Source: Candidatus Borrarchaeum weybense (GTDB taxonomy: Archaea > Asgardarchaeota > Sifarchaeia > Borrarchaeales > Borrarchaeaceae). From it: a stretch of 64,000 bases of DNA. The DNA is taken from positions 581,038 through 645,037 of the forward strand of contig JAHQJS010000006.1 in NCBI GenBank assembly GCA_019057385.1, read 5' to 3'. The notes under the pieces were generated by a model. The model saw only the letters and a list, made by a program, of their open reading frames with translations, made no database searches and was not told the origin of the DNA. Of the stretch, positions 40,804 to 50,918 are shown one piece after another (positions within the stretch are counted from its first letter, which is position 1; every line of letters begins with the position of its first letter). Made by a program: the position numbers and the translations under genes.

Positions 40804-41550
40804 TCAGGGGGACATCAGCGCAAACATTTTCGAGAGTATATTATTTAATCTATGAACCCAGATTGACGCATAGAGTCCATACTTTGTTCTGATCGCAGCA
40901 AGTTCTATTCCTGCTACAACTGTAAACATGAGTAAAATTGCATTGAAGGCGTACGCTACACTATGCGCAATTCCAAAGAATAGTGTCGATGAAATCACGT
41001 ACGCAATCGCATACGCCGTTGTTTCATCAAACTTAAGAAATCGTTGCAGAACCCACTTGATAGGCTCAGGGTACGCATACCTGAAAAAAAGTTCTTCAGT
41101 CGGAGCGATCAAACAAACATGGAACATTATACTGACAAAAAACCCTTCAATTGGAGATAAGGTTTGCGTGCTTTCTAATAACAAGATTTCTGACGTTGGG
41201 GATACAGAAATCCCATAAAGCGGGCTTTCTGTGTCTACTATTGACAGACCAAGAGTGTTTTGAAAAGGTGCGAGCACATAACTAAAGATCACGTTCGTAA
41301 ATATCACAATAGTGACGCCTAAAGTAATACCCACGATAAAATTGGCTTTCTTTTCTCGCACACTTTTGTAAGAATAAAATGCATATACTGCGGCAACCGC
41401 TGAAAAGATAATCGCATAACTATAAAAAAGAAAAATTTGGAGATAGGTTAAGACGGCGAAACCAATTGTAAACATCAGTATCCCCATAGCGATAACGTAA
41501 TCTGCCGCACTGATTACAATATCTTCAGTAATAGCCTCTCTAGTTATCAA
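40804..41550 (-). CDS. CPBP-family (type II CAAX/Abi) intramembrane glutamic protease
   Basis: PTEELFFR (EExxxR), FFGIAH (FxxxH) and WVHRLNN (HxxxN). Confidence 0.88.
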   Translation of the reverse strand: MITREAITEDIVISAADYVIAMGILMFTIGFAVLTYLQIFLFYSYAIIFSAVAAVYAFYSYKSVREKKANFIVGITLGVTIVIFTNVIFSYVLAPFQNTLGLSIVDTESPLYGISVSPTSEILLLESTQTLSPIEGFFVSIMFHVCLIAPTEELFFRYAYPEPIKWVLQRFLKFDETTAYAIAYVISSTLFFGIAHSVAYAFNAILLMFTVVAGIELAAIRTKYGLYASIWVHRLNNILSKMFALMSP

Positions 41551-44500
41551 CGAAATCTCCTCCTGTCACCTTTGAAGTACCTAAGCAGTATGATTCCAAA
41601 GATTACGATGAATGTAAAGAACCCATAGACACCGAATTGAGTGAGCATTTGTACTTCTACTGGTGCCTCTGCTACATTTAAAGCACCGATAGATCCTGCA
41701 ACAGCAATCAATAGCGAGAATAGACCCCCACCTGAAATAAGTCCGATGTGCCATTGGAAGTTGTGCTTCCTGTAAGACTCATAAACAGGACCCGCCTTAG
41801 CGACATGACTCCACAGGATCACAACAATTGCAACTGTGATTGGGACAAACGCAAATACAGGACTTGCTAAGTTAATTGCTGGTTTTCTAAATGTTACAGA
41901 CCATTCAGATATGTCGGTAAGTGACAAAACTCCTCCAAGTTGAGGTAAAAACAAGAATATAGCAAGTGTTACTCCAGCTGCACCGAAGATCGCTGTGTAA
42001 ACATAGAACGCATATTTCTGATAAAATTTCTTAACACGCGATACGTCTTTCGTACTTTGAACTACAACTATGCCTATTATTGAAATACTTAAAGCGTAGA
42101 TAAAAGGCTCTATTGTAAGCGTGTAAGTCTTTTCTTTGACATATCCCACAAGATACAGTGTTTGATCGGGTTCTATATTGATGCCATAAATGCTAATTGT
42201 TCCTTCGTAATCATTAGGCATAAATTCAACTGAATATCCGCTTTCTTCATTACTTAAGTAGTCTAAAAGAGTTGCACTTGCAGCAGAGGATATTTCGTTC
42301 TGTAATTTGCTGTCAGTGTATATTTTCCATGATTTTATGCTGTCTGTAGTGTAACCCGCCCAATATAGTTTTCGTATTGAAGGCAGGTCGATTCCAATAA
42401 TAGAGACATTCTCTCGTGCTATTTGAGTGTCTATATTCATCGTATAGACAGCTTTGTTATTATCAGCGTTTACCACAGCGGGACTAGAAACCTTTGGTTC
42501 AGTTTCATAGAAATAGATTTTGAAGGAAGCGTCTTCGGTAGGTGCTTCATCAAATTCAAGTGTGAGTTTCCACTTAGATCCTTCTGCTTTAAACTTTAAG
42601 TTAGTCACATTCTTTGTGCTTACAGCAACAGCAGTAACTAAGTCAAAGTCGTCACCTAGTTTTTCCTTGAATGAATTGCTTAACGTCTTGGTATAGACCA
42701 ATTGTGATTCGTGAATCGTTGCAGTGCACCAAAACATAAGATCTTCTGTGACGTTTCCACACTTTACTTCTTCAGGTTCGTGAAGTGAACCTAATTGAAG
42801 TCCATTCTCAGGGGTAGAATCTGCGAAGAATGTTATTGTTTCTTTTTCTGTGAGCCCATTAGTATTTTCTGCTCTGATCTGTAGTTTATAATCATCATCT
42901 TCATCAAAAAACGTGCTGTTTACCTCAAAAGAGCCCTCATAAACTCCTGTAGTAGTATTTCCTGATTCTAGGCTCATAGTTTGCCAGGCAGAATAAACCT
43001 CGTATTGCGTAATTTGTGATTCATAAGTGTATCTAAATTTCACTGAGGAGATAGTAGCAGCTTCTGATGATAATTGAGTAGCAGTACATTTTACTGTTAC
43101 AGTTTCAAAGTCTACTCTCTCGTTATGTGAGGGATCTACATTAGTAATAGAAACACCCTGATCGCATAGCCAATTACTAAAACTTAGAGTAGTGTTATGC
43201 CCTTCAAAATCCTCAGAAATAATAAAATCTAAGTCAGTATCACTACCTAAATTTACCTCAGAAATCTCCCAATGATCTGTATCCCATGTTGCCGTGAAAG
43301 AATCTCCATCTGTGGCAGATATATCTCCTGAATCAATGCCTGTAGTGTATGAAGGTGTGATAGTACCAGATTGTAAGTTTTCTGATGCTACCGCAAAAGT
43401 TCTTGAACTATCAAAGTAAATATTGTCAATGTATGCCTTTAAATTGATCTGTGAGGAATTATAATAGAATCCAATGTAATCAATATCATTCCAATTAGGA
43501 GAGCCCTGCTCACTCCATCCTGAACTACCAGAGCCTAACTCTATAGTTTCTACCTGCCATGTATTAGGAGTAGTTATGTCTACTGTTCGATAAAAATAAT
43601 TAGAATCACTATCATAAAGTCTTAACTCCAGAAATGAATGAGATTTAAGTTTAACAATATGTGCATCAGCATAATCAACATTATTTATCGGAAAATATAT
43701 ATAATCATCCGTTGGCTGAATAAACGAACTTGTTGGGCAACCTTCACCTGATCCGTATGTTACAAGATCTGTAAAGGTATCCTCTTTTATGTCATAATAT
43801 CCCACTCCACCAACGTACCAACCGTAGTATATAATATTGTTATCGTCATCGTAATATACACTTTCAAGTGTATAGGGATCTGAATAACCAATATAACCAA
43901 GATCATTAGTTGAATCCGTTGTTACGTTTAACTGATAAAGGTGCCCTGTAATTGATCTTCCAAAAAGAATTAAATCAGTACCATTCATTGTAGGACTAAG
44001 AGCTGTATCGCCAAGCGAACTAACTACTGTCTGTTCGTGTGACGTGAGATTCATTTTTTGAATCCCAACAGAGGCACCGCCAATATAAAGAAAATCTCCA
44101 ACATTAACTAAAGTTTGTGGGTCCTCATCGTTAGTGCCAACGGTAGAATACCACTCTTCTGCCCATTCATCAGTTTGAGCGTCAAAAGTTTTCCAACCCA
44201 TTTTAGCAGCTTCTCTCCAAAACGAGTAAAAAATATGTGATCCATTATACCAACAAGAAGATACTGCCCAAGTTGATGAAGTAAAAATGTCACCAACCAA
44301 TTCTATTGTACCATCAGAGATATCTAATTTACAAACTTGATGAGAAAAAGTTGGAGTGGTATTATAAGCTATAAAATAAATGAATTCATTATCAACATTT
44401 ATTAAACTTTGAATCGAGTCATAATGTGTTTCAAGTTCAGAGGGCAAAGTAACCTCAGTAACGGTATCTGTAGAGATGTTTAATTTGAATAGATTACAAA

Positions 44501-45194
44501 CATCTGTTAGTTCTCTATCTCCAAAATAAACAGAACCATCTCCATCATAAGCCATTCCTGTAAAGGAAGCATCTGATACTGATTTTGTGCCCGTCATAAT
44601 ACCAATATCTTCTATCTCAAAATAATAGCCTCCACTTTGATAGACTGCAAAGTTGAGATATTCATAGTAATTCTCACAATCTAATGAAAGGTTTTTAGAA
44701 GCATTATAATAAGCCACTCGATTATCTTCACCTGCTGTAGCAGTTGCATTAATCGAATAACTGCCTGTGTATTTTATATCTCCTTCATCAGATAACGTGA
44801 AATTATCACTTCCCCATGAACTTGCAGTATTTTCAGTCCACGAATCACCGCCTTCAGGAATTGCATAATAGTTGAGATCAGAAGGAGGATCACCGCCACC
44901 GCCATCGCCATTAGACAGAGTACCGATAGTAGGACCACTTGTTTTTTTTTCGTCTGGGATTTCAGGAGATTCTATATGTATATCTGGTTCTTTGGTATTA
45001 TGAAGTGTGGCCTGTGATGAGTCTGATATTTTCATAGCCACTTGTATGGCGAAAAGACACAGGCAAAAGATGATAAGCACTGATGTAATGTGACGGGCTT
45101 TAGGTCTGGGAACTAACCCTTTTATGATTTCTTTGGCTACTAATGGAACTAATTGTGTTTTCTTACGTTTAATCGGTTTACGTTTTATCCTCAT
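41547..45194 (-). CDS. 1215-aa membrane-anchored adhesin/spike-like protein
   Basis: N-terminal TM; acidic S/T/D/Y-rich beta domains including propeller-like repeats; ~5 C-terminal TMs. Confidence 0.75.
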   Translation of the reverse strand: MRIKRKPIKRKKTQLVPLVAKEIIKGLVPRPKARHITSVLIIFCLCLFAIQVAMKISDSSQATLHNTKEPDIHIESPEIPDEKKTSGPTIGTLSNGDGGGGDPPSDLNYYAIPEGGDSWTENTASSWGSDNFTLSDEGDIKYTGSYSINATATAGEDNRVAYYNASKNLSLDCENYYEYLNFAVYQSGGYYFEIEDIGIMTGTKSVSDASFTGMAYDGDGSVYFGDRELTDVCNLFKLNISTDTVTEVTLPSELETHYDSIQSLINVDNEFIYFIAYNTTPTFSHQVCKLDISDGTIELVGDIFTSSTWAVSSCWYNGSHIFYSFWREAAKMGWKTFDAQTDEWAEEWYSTVGTNDEDPQTLVNVGDFLYIGGASVGIQKMNLTSHEQTVVSSLGDTALSPTMNGTDLILFGRSITGHLYQLNVTTDSTNDLGYIGYSDPYTLESVYYDDDNNIIYYGWYVGGVGYYDIKEDTFTDLVTYGSGEGCPTSSFIQPTDDYIYFPINNVDYADAHIVKLKSHSFLELRLYDSDSNYFYRTVDITTPNTWQVETIELGSGSSGWSEQGSPNWNDIDYIGFYYNSSQINLKAYIDNIYFDSSRTFAVASENLQSGTITPSYTTGIDSGDISATDGDSFTATWDTDHWEISEVNLGSDTDLDFIISEDFEGHNTTLSFSNWLCDQGVSITNVDPSHNERVDFETVTVKCTATQLSSEAATISSVKFRYTYESQITQYEVYSAWQTMSLESGNTTTGVYEGSFEVNSTFFDEDDDYKLQIRAENTNGLTEKETITFFADSTPENGLQLGSLHEPEEVKCGNVTEDLMFWCTATIHESQLVYTKTLSNSFKEKLGDDFDLVTAVAVSTKNVTNLKFKAEGSKWKLTLEFDEAPTEDASFKIYFYETEPKVSSPAVVNADNNKAVYTMNIDTQIARENVSIIGIDLPSIRKLYWAGYTTDSIKSWKIYTDSKLQNEISSAASATLLDYLSNEESGYSVEFMPNDYEGTISIYGINIEPDQTLYLVGYVKEKTYTLTIEPFIYALSISIIGIVVVQSTKDVSRVKKFYQKYAFYVYTAIFGAAGVTLAIFLFLPQLGGVLSLTDISEWSVTFRKPAINLASPVFAFVPITVAIVVILWSHVAKAGPVYESYRKHNFQWHIGLISGGGLFSLLIAVAGSIGALNVAEAPVEVQMLTQFGVYGFFTFIVIFGIILLRYFKGDRRRFR

Positions 45195-45227
45195 CTACCT
45201 ACCTCACGATAACTGTCAATAGTTAAA

Positions 45228-45887
45228 TCACTCCATTTCCTTTCGGAGAAATACCAGATACATCCCTACTAGATTTAGTGCGACGAGTTTCAAAATAGCA
45301 ACAATTTCCGCTACAACGGCGTTAGCACCATACGCAACGGTAAATATTTGTTCAGGAGGAACTAAGTCTCCAAGTAGGAGCCAGAATGTCACACCAACGG
45401 TCAGAAAGATTATACCCACCGCAACAAGTTTTCTTCCGAAGAATACCAGAACCATACTTGCCCCAAAGACGAGTAAGAGCAGTGGAAAAAGCGTAGAATT
45501 CAATAATGATGAGGGGACGTCCACAAACGCCAATGAACGTGCGACTTGTTGTTCCTGATAGCCGAACAAACTTGCTATCTGTAAATCCAAGTCTAAGACA
45601 ACAAGTACGCCTAACATCATACCAATGAGATTGAGTAACATTCCGAGTGGACTTTGTTTTGAAAAATTGTAAAAAGTCCGTACCACCGTTCCCGTGATAA
45701 AGAGACCGATCATACCGTAGAACGAGATGTAAAACGGTATAAAGCGCACTACATAGAGTAATATGTCTATTACTGCTATAAGAATCAAGATTTCAAAGAA
45801 CGCTTTTTTGTAATCTCTTGTGAATATGCCGATGCGTGTGACTTCTAAGGCATTACTTATTTTGCGTTGTATTCTTGCCATTTCCAA
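45228..45887 (-). CDS. Polytopic membrane protein
   Basis: About 6 TM segments. Confidence 0.75.
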   Translation of the reverse strand: MEMARIQRKISNALEVTRIGIFTRDYKKAFFEILILIAVIDILLYVVRFIPFYISFYGMIGLFITGTVVRTFYNFSKQSPLGMLLNLIGMMLGVLVVLDLDLQIASLFGYQEQQVARSLAFVDVPSSLLNSTLFPLLLLVFGASMVLVFFGRKLVAVGIIFLTVGVTFWLLLGDLVPPEQIFTVAYGANAVVAEIVAILKLVALNLVGMYLVFLRKEME

Positions 45888-45945
45888 TTTTCTCCATTTT
45901 TTCTGTTTCTAATTACTTAGGTAGTTTGGATCAATGAGGCACAAT

Positions 45946-47187
45946 TTATCGAAATTTGAGGATTTTCCCTATTCTCTTTGCGCCTCTTGAGATACGCTCT
46001 CTCATAGTTCTTGAAGAACTACCAGAAGAGCCACTTCTTACCATAAAAGCAAGTGAACTGCCACTTGCCTTGCGCTCGGGGGGATTTTGTGCCTTTTTTG
46101 TCACTACATTCTTTATCCCTGCACCGAGTTTCCCAGCGGCATCATTTATTCTTTCAGACACAACAGAACGCAAACCATACTTGTCCGTGTAACTTATCGC
46201 CATGATGAGCCCCATACAGATCAGAGTGGGTATTCCAAACGCTGTAAACCATTCAAGGAGTGCGAAAATTAATGCTACGTATTGCGATACAGGAGGAAAC
46301 CAATCCGCCCACTCGATCCCAGCAGTAAAAGTTGCAGGTGCAGCAAGCATTATGACAATGCCAGCAATAAAGAATGAACCACTAATTTTTGCGAGTGTTT
46401 CAAGCAGATCAGTGCCTATGACAAAACTCAATGCAAAGAATATAAACGCAAGAAGGACAGTTACAAATGCGATGAACTCATGTACTTGGTCTGGGTGTAC
46501 GATCCACTCGAAAAAGTTTGGATAACCTTTCCATTCGTAGCCCGCACCAGGACTTTGATCTTCGTCTTCTACGTCTTCTGGTAAGCCTCTCCCTCCTTCG
46601 CCTTCCTCAGCGTTCCATTGAAAATTCTCATACGTTTCAGAACTACCGTACCAAAGATAGATTTTCCCGTAAAAGTCAGCGTTCTTCAAATCTTTATCTT
46701 GAAAATAGAGAACTGCCGTGAAGCTACCGTCATCAATTTTAATTTTATCACTTGTGTAGAGACTATTGTCGTCTATATCGAATATTTGTATTTGATACTC
46801 CGCGCCTCCATCGTTATCTTTTGGTAACTCATTGTCGTCAATTGAATCAACCAATTCTGGAGTCACGTCAGATACGGTAACCGTGTAAATAGTTCCCACT
46901 TGACTTATATCAAAATCAAGTTCTACTTCTGTGTTTGTACTTGAGATAGAGAGGTCCATCATGGACATTTTATTTGTGCCAATAAAAACACCAAATAGAA
47001 TCGCGTAGCCAACACAAAGGATCGCTAAATACTTATAGCCCTTTTGTGTTGCTAAAAGAACTGCTAAATAAAAAAAACCGAGAAATCCAATAAGAAAAAT
47101 GTATTGCCTAAAGATCCCAAGAACGATAGAAGGCACTATAATCGTAGAAACAACTGCTGTTGAGGTCCAGTTTGCTGTACGTTTCAT
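45946..47187 (-). CDS. Polytopic membrane protein with acidic Ig-like external domain
   Basis: N- and C-terminal TM clusters, acidic beta domain, basic tail. Confidence 0.75.
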   Translation of the reverse strand: MKRTANWTSTAVVSTIIVPSIVLGIFRQYIFLIGFLGFFYLAVLLATQKGYKYLAILCVGYAILFGVFIGTNKMSMMDLSISSTNTEVELDFDISQVGTIYTVTVSDVTPELVDSIDDNELPKDNDGGAEYQIQIFDIDDNSLYTSDKIKIDDGSFTAVLYFQDKDLKNADFYGKIYLWYGSSETYENFQWNAEEGEGGRGLPEDVEDEDQSPGAGYEWKGYPNFFEWIVHPDQVHEFIAFVTVLLAFIFFALSFVIGTDLLETLAKISGSFFIAGIVIMLAAPATFTAGIEWADWFPPVSQYVALIFALLEWFTAFGIPTLICMGLIMAISYTDKYGLRSVVSERINDAAGKLGAGIKNVVTKKAQNPPERKASGSSLAFMVRSGSSGSSSRTMRERISRGAKRIGKILKFR

Positions 47188-47216
47188 AGATTATAAGCCC
47201 CCACTATCACTATTGG

Positions 47217-47948
47217 TTATCTTGTGGCGTTAATAATGGCTTTTCCGAGTCCTATCGGAACTACTGCAAAGAGTCCAACTGTAAACGCTTCGATCCAACC
47301 TGCCATTTCGCCAAGATTCAATGGTGCCCCAACAAACGTGTCGTCTGGCGGCATCCAGCCGAAAAACAGACTAACCACGATGATGATGAAGGGGATCATG
47401 GCCATTCCTGCGGCTTTTCGTCTACCTGTTGCGTATGCAAAAAGTGCCGTCATGCCACATATCGCACCGATCATCATTTTAGGCGCGGTCAAAATCGTTT
47501 GTATAATGTCAGTTTCGGTGTAAGTGGCGGAAGATAACGGTGTGAGGCTCAGATATGCCATAGCATTAGAGTCGGTCATGGACATTGTTGCGAGTGCCCC
47601 AAGTCCATTGGCTACTATGAACGTCAGAAGAAGAATGATTGCAAGATTAGCAACGATATGATAGCCCCGCAAATACTGAAAGTTCAGAATCATCTCAAAT
47701 ATAATCGCAACTATTCCGAACGCATAAAACGTCTTGAGGAATGTTCCAAGCGAAATACCAGACAAGAAACTGATGTCAGCAAATATTGTCACCAAGAATA
47801 AAGTGATCACAACAATTACAGCTAGTGCGTAGAAATAAAACACATTATTAACCATGTTTTGGATTTCTGCTGTTCTTCTGCTAGAAAAGACCTTTCTAGT
47901 AAATTTCTTAAAAGATATACCAAATGCCATTTTCCAAATTTCCTCCAT
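47217..47948 (-). CDS. Polytopic membrane protein (architecture like 45228-45887)
   Basis: About 6 TMs; GR(R)K..G motif and PP in the last loop shared with 45228. Confidence 0.75.
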   Translation of the reverse strand: MEEIWKMAFGISFKKFTRKVFSSRRTAEIQNMVNNVFYFYALAVIVVITLFLVTIFADISFLSGISLGTFLKTFYAFGIVAIIFEMILNFQYLRGYHIVANLAIILLLTFIVANGLGALATMSMTDSNAMAYLSLTPLSSATYTETDIIQTILTAPKMMIGAICGMTALFAYATGRRKAAGMAMIPFIIIVVSLFFGWMPPDDTFVGAPLNLGEMAGWIEAFTVGLFAVVPIGLGKAIINATR

Positions 47949-48012
47949 TTTTTTTCAAATTACTTAAGTAGTCGGGTACGGTTCAGATAAGGCACAAAAA
48001 AGCGTGCTAAAC

Positions 48013-48420
48013 TCATTTTCTACGGGATTCTAGTAGATCTGCGATGATAGCAGAAAACACAGTCGAAAACGCGGCGGCAACACTTGTAATGACATCGAAT
48101 CCAAAGAAACTGCCTGTGGTTGCGCTACCTCCACTGATTAATACAATTAATGCACCGATGAAAAAGCCGATAGCCGCACCTATTGCTAAAACTAAGATCT
48201 GGTGAAAATACGCTAAAAATAATGATTTTACAAGGAGTCGTTGTAATCCTGCGCCGAGTCCTGCCACATTGTCCATCTTAAATGCCAGCAAGAGTGTGAC
48301 AAAACCAATTGCCATAATAAGTATACTAGCAAAAAGATAAGGCGTAATAAATATGGCTAAAATACCGCAAGTTATCAGTACTGTCGCAATTATGTAGGTA
48401 ACGCCGCGTAGTGCAGTCAT
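48013..48420 (-). CDS. 4-TM membrane protein
   Basis: Hydrophobic 135-aa ORF with SD GGAGG. Confidence 0.75.
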   Translation of the reverse strand: MTALRGVTYIIATVLITCGILAIFITPYLFASILIMAIGFVTLLLAFKMDNVAGLGAGLQRLLVKSLFLAYFHQILVLAIGAAIGFFIGALIVLISGGSATTGSFFGFDVITSVAAAFSTVFSAIIADLLESRRK

Positions 48421-48435
48421 AACATATTGAACCTC

Positions 48436-48654
48436 CTATACGTCTTTTGGGAGGTTCTTCTGTTCTTTGATACGTGCGATCTCTACGTCAAGTGGGCTAT
48501 CAAAAGTACCCATTTCCTCGAGCACTTTTGCGAATTCGTCTTTGGGATAACATTTTTCCCTACCGTCCTCTGTTATGAAACAAATCTGATCACCGCGTTC
48601 AACGATGTCTCTGCCGTGACCGTTATGAGTTTTGTCTCCTCGCCATTGAACCAA
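48436..48654 (-). CDS. Hypothetical 72-aa protein
   Basis: SD GGAGG before TTG. Confidence 0.6.
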   Translation of the reverse strand: MVQWRGDKTHNGHGRDIVERGDQICFITEDGREKCYPKDEFAKVLEEMGTFDSPLDVEIARIKEQKNLPKDV

Positions 48655-48725
48655 CTTTTAGACCTCCTAATTTAAAGTAAAAAAAGGGTGCGGGGTGCTC
48701 TGTATCTAGTGAAGTCAAATTCGGC

Positions 48726-48971
48726 TTATTTGCAACCAAATTCGTCAGAAACTTCTTTTGGAAGACCTTCTATACTGCAAATACCATTTTTCCAAGCGTC
48801 AGGTCCAGCAGTTTTCAGACCTTTAGCGTAGTTTCTGTCCATCTTTGCGGTGTCGGTGGCATTGATGTCGTTAAGGAAGTCCTCTTCGGTAACATTGGCG
48901 ACATTATCTTTCCACTTTGCAATCGTGGATTTTTTTGTCATTTTTGCCTTCCAAGGGCCAGAAATTACCAT
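48726..48971 (-). CDS. Small helical protein, paralog of 49026-49298 (candidate nucleocapsid protein)
   Basis: PWK.KMTK.STI.KWK.NV..V.EEDF..ATD..MD.N.A.GL..W..IC.I.GLP..V.D.FGC conserved in both. Confidence 0.8.
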   Translation of the reverse strand: MVISGPWKAKMTKKSTIAKWKDNVANVTEEDFLNDINATDTAKMDRNYAKGLKTAGPDAWKNGICSIEGLPKEVSDEFGCK

Positions 48972-49025
48972 AGTTTTTCCTCCACATTTTTCGTTTTTTT
49001 TAAAACCAAACCAAAAGAAGTAACG

Positions 49026-49298
49026 CTACCAGGTCCTTTTGACATCGATGCAACCAAATGCGTCTCTGACGTCCTGTGGTAATCCGTCTATTCGACAGAT
49101 CGCAGCTGCCCATGGGGCACCATATTCTGATTTATGTACTTTGATAAGTCCGTCTGCCCAATTCTTGTCCATTTCGACAGAATCAGTGGCAGCTATACTG
49201 ACGTTAAAGTCCTCTTCAGAAACCGCATTGACATTTTCCTTCCACTTTTTGATAGTAGAAGACTTAGTCATTTTGTTCTTCCAAGGTTCTGAAATCAT
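49026..49298 (-). CDS. Small helical protein, paralog of 48726-48971; first gene of the minus-strand arm
   Basis: As above; TATA-like TTTATATATAAA just upstream. Confidence 0.8.
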   Translation of the reverse strand: MISEPWKNKMTKSSTIKKWKENVNAVSEEDFNVSIAATDSVEMDKNWADGLIKVHKSEYGAPWAAAICRIDGLPQDVRDAFGCIDVKRTW

Positions 49299-49401
49299 AG
49301 AATCAAATCTTTGGTATTGGTTATTGGTTTTTGATACTCATGTTTTTATATATAAATTGTGAGGATTACTTATACAGGAAACATACATTTTCCGCTATGG
49401 G

Positions 49402-49614
49402 GTGTTTATGAGGTTGCAATTGTATGGAATACCAACTTTAACGATAGTGAACGAAGACCTACTTTATTTACCCGCTGAACTTAGAAAACGATATAAGCTT
49501 ACAAAAAATGAAAAAATCCTCGCTGTCACACAGATGGATGATGACGGCTTTTTTGTTCGAGTCATTGATAAACAACAAAGAGAGACTATAGCGAATTTAC
49601 CTACTTTGGGGTGA
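49402..49614 (+). CDS. AbrB/MazE-like DNA-binding protein
   Basis: LYLPAELRKRYKLTKNEKI swapped-hairpin pattern. Confidence 0.65.
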   Translation: MFMRLQLYGIPTLTIVNEDLLYLPAELRKRYKLTKNEKILAVTQMDDDGFFVRVIDKQQRETIANLPTLG

Positions 49615-49618
49615 GACT

Positions 49619-50401
49619 ATGGCTTCGGAAACTAAGAGTGAGGCTCCAAAAACAGAAGCCATCGCGTCTGATGATGTTAAACAGCCGACACAACCTAAAA
49701 TGATCGATGACTCGCTTCCACTCTGGGAAAGAATGCGTAAAGCCGCTTTCAACTATATTAATATGATGGTAAGTCTGATTAAACCTTCGGCTATTGATCC
49801 CGATTTTGCCGATGCGTGTCAGAAATTGACGTATATTGACGCAATGACTGTTTTTTCGACGTATATGTATGCTACCGCACAAATTTGCGCTGAAGCACTT
49901 GGTATTCTTGAAACATCGGCACGTGCAAGAGAAATTATCAAACGAGAGCCACAGCAAATTCATCCTATCATGCGAGCATTGGGTAGACTTGCCCAAATAT
50001 CGAAACAAATTGATTACGCCAGCAGTGCGGTAATGGGTGTATATCCCCATCAAATGAAACAACTATTAAATGAAGTTCATTACGGTCTTTTCGCAGGTTC
50101 AGGAACGATCCGATGTATTGAAATGAATGGCAAAGGACGTGAAGTAACAGAAGAGAAAAAAAAGATCCCTGACTCCGCGTTCCAACTGCTTAAAATGTTA
50201 GTTGAACGTGATGAAAACGAACAAGGATTATTACAAAGCGATTTGAAAGATTTAATGACGTACAACGAAAGAACTATCCGACAACAAGTTTCGTTCCTCT
50301 TGGAAGAGGGATGCATAGATAGAGATAGAGAGAGTCGTACCTTTCGGCTTTCCCTCACTGATAAGGGAAAATTGGTATATGACAACGGAGGGCATCTATA
50401 G
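49619..50401 (+). CDS. Protein with C-terminal MarR-like wHTH
   Basis: LQSDLKDLM..RTIRQQVSFLLEEGCI..LSLTDKG. Confidence 0.7.
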   Translation: MASETKSEAPKTEAIASDDVKQPTQPKMIDDSLPLWERMRKAAFNYINMMVSLIKPSAIDPDFADACQKLTYIDAMTVFSTYMYATAQICAEALGILETSARAREIIKREPQQIHPIMRALGRLAQISKQIDYASSAVMGVYPHQMKQLLNEVHYGLFAGSGTIRCIEMNGKGREVTEEKKKIPDSAFQLLKMLVERDENEQGLLQSDLKDLMTYNERTIRQQVSFLLEEGCIDRDRESRTFRLSLTDKGKLVYDNGGHL

Positions 50402-50506
50402 GTGTCGTATATCGCAATTTTGCTTTTGACAGGGGTAGGTTGTGCACCTTCATTCGTGACTACCTAAGTATTCATGTAGGAATTGGTAGATTGGTGAGCG
50501 AAAAGT

Positions 50507-50905
50507 ATGACACGAAAATCATTATTTTTTAGAGGCACACTCAAGTACTATTTTCATCACAGCTGCGAACACTGCATGCAGTTTATCGAGTCTGCCGCTT
50601 TCACTGATGTAAAAACATACTGCCGCAATAACAAAATCAGGTTCATTATGTTGGACATAGGGAAAGAATCACATCTTATGGAGTTCCTGGCCGCAGGATT
50701 CGAGGGAACTCCAACACTAATTCTTGGCGATGAGACAGGTCTCCCAATTGTAGTCGAAGGGTTCAAACCTCAGAGTTCAGAAGAGATATTATCGATCTTG
50801 AAGGGAAGTGGTATCTCAGAAACAGTTCACGAAATTCAAAAATCCCGTATTTTAGAGGGATTAAAAAAAGATTTTTGGACACAATTCGCTAATAAAAAAC
50901 TTTAG
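50507..50905 (+). CDS. Thioredoxin/glutaredoxin-like protein
   Basis: CEHC, GTPTL and VEGF. Confidence 0.7.
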   Translation: MTRKSLFFRGTLKYYFHHSCEHCMQFIESAAFTDVKTYCRNNKIRFIMLDIGKESHLMEFLAAGFEGTPTLILGDETGLPIVVEGFKPQSSEEILSILKGSGISETVHEIQKSRILEGLKKDFWTQFANKKL

Positions 50906-50918
50906 GAGGAATGTAAAC

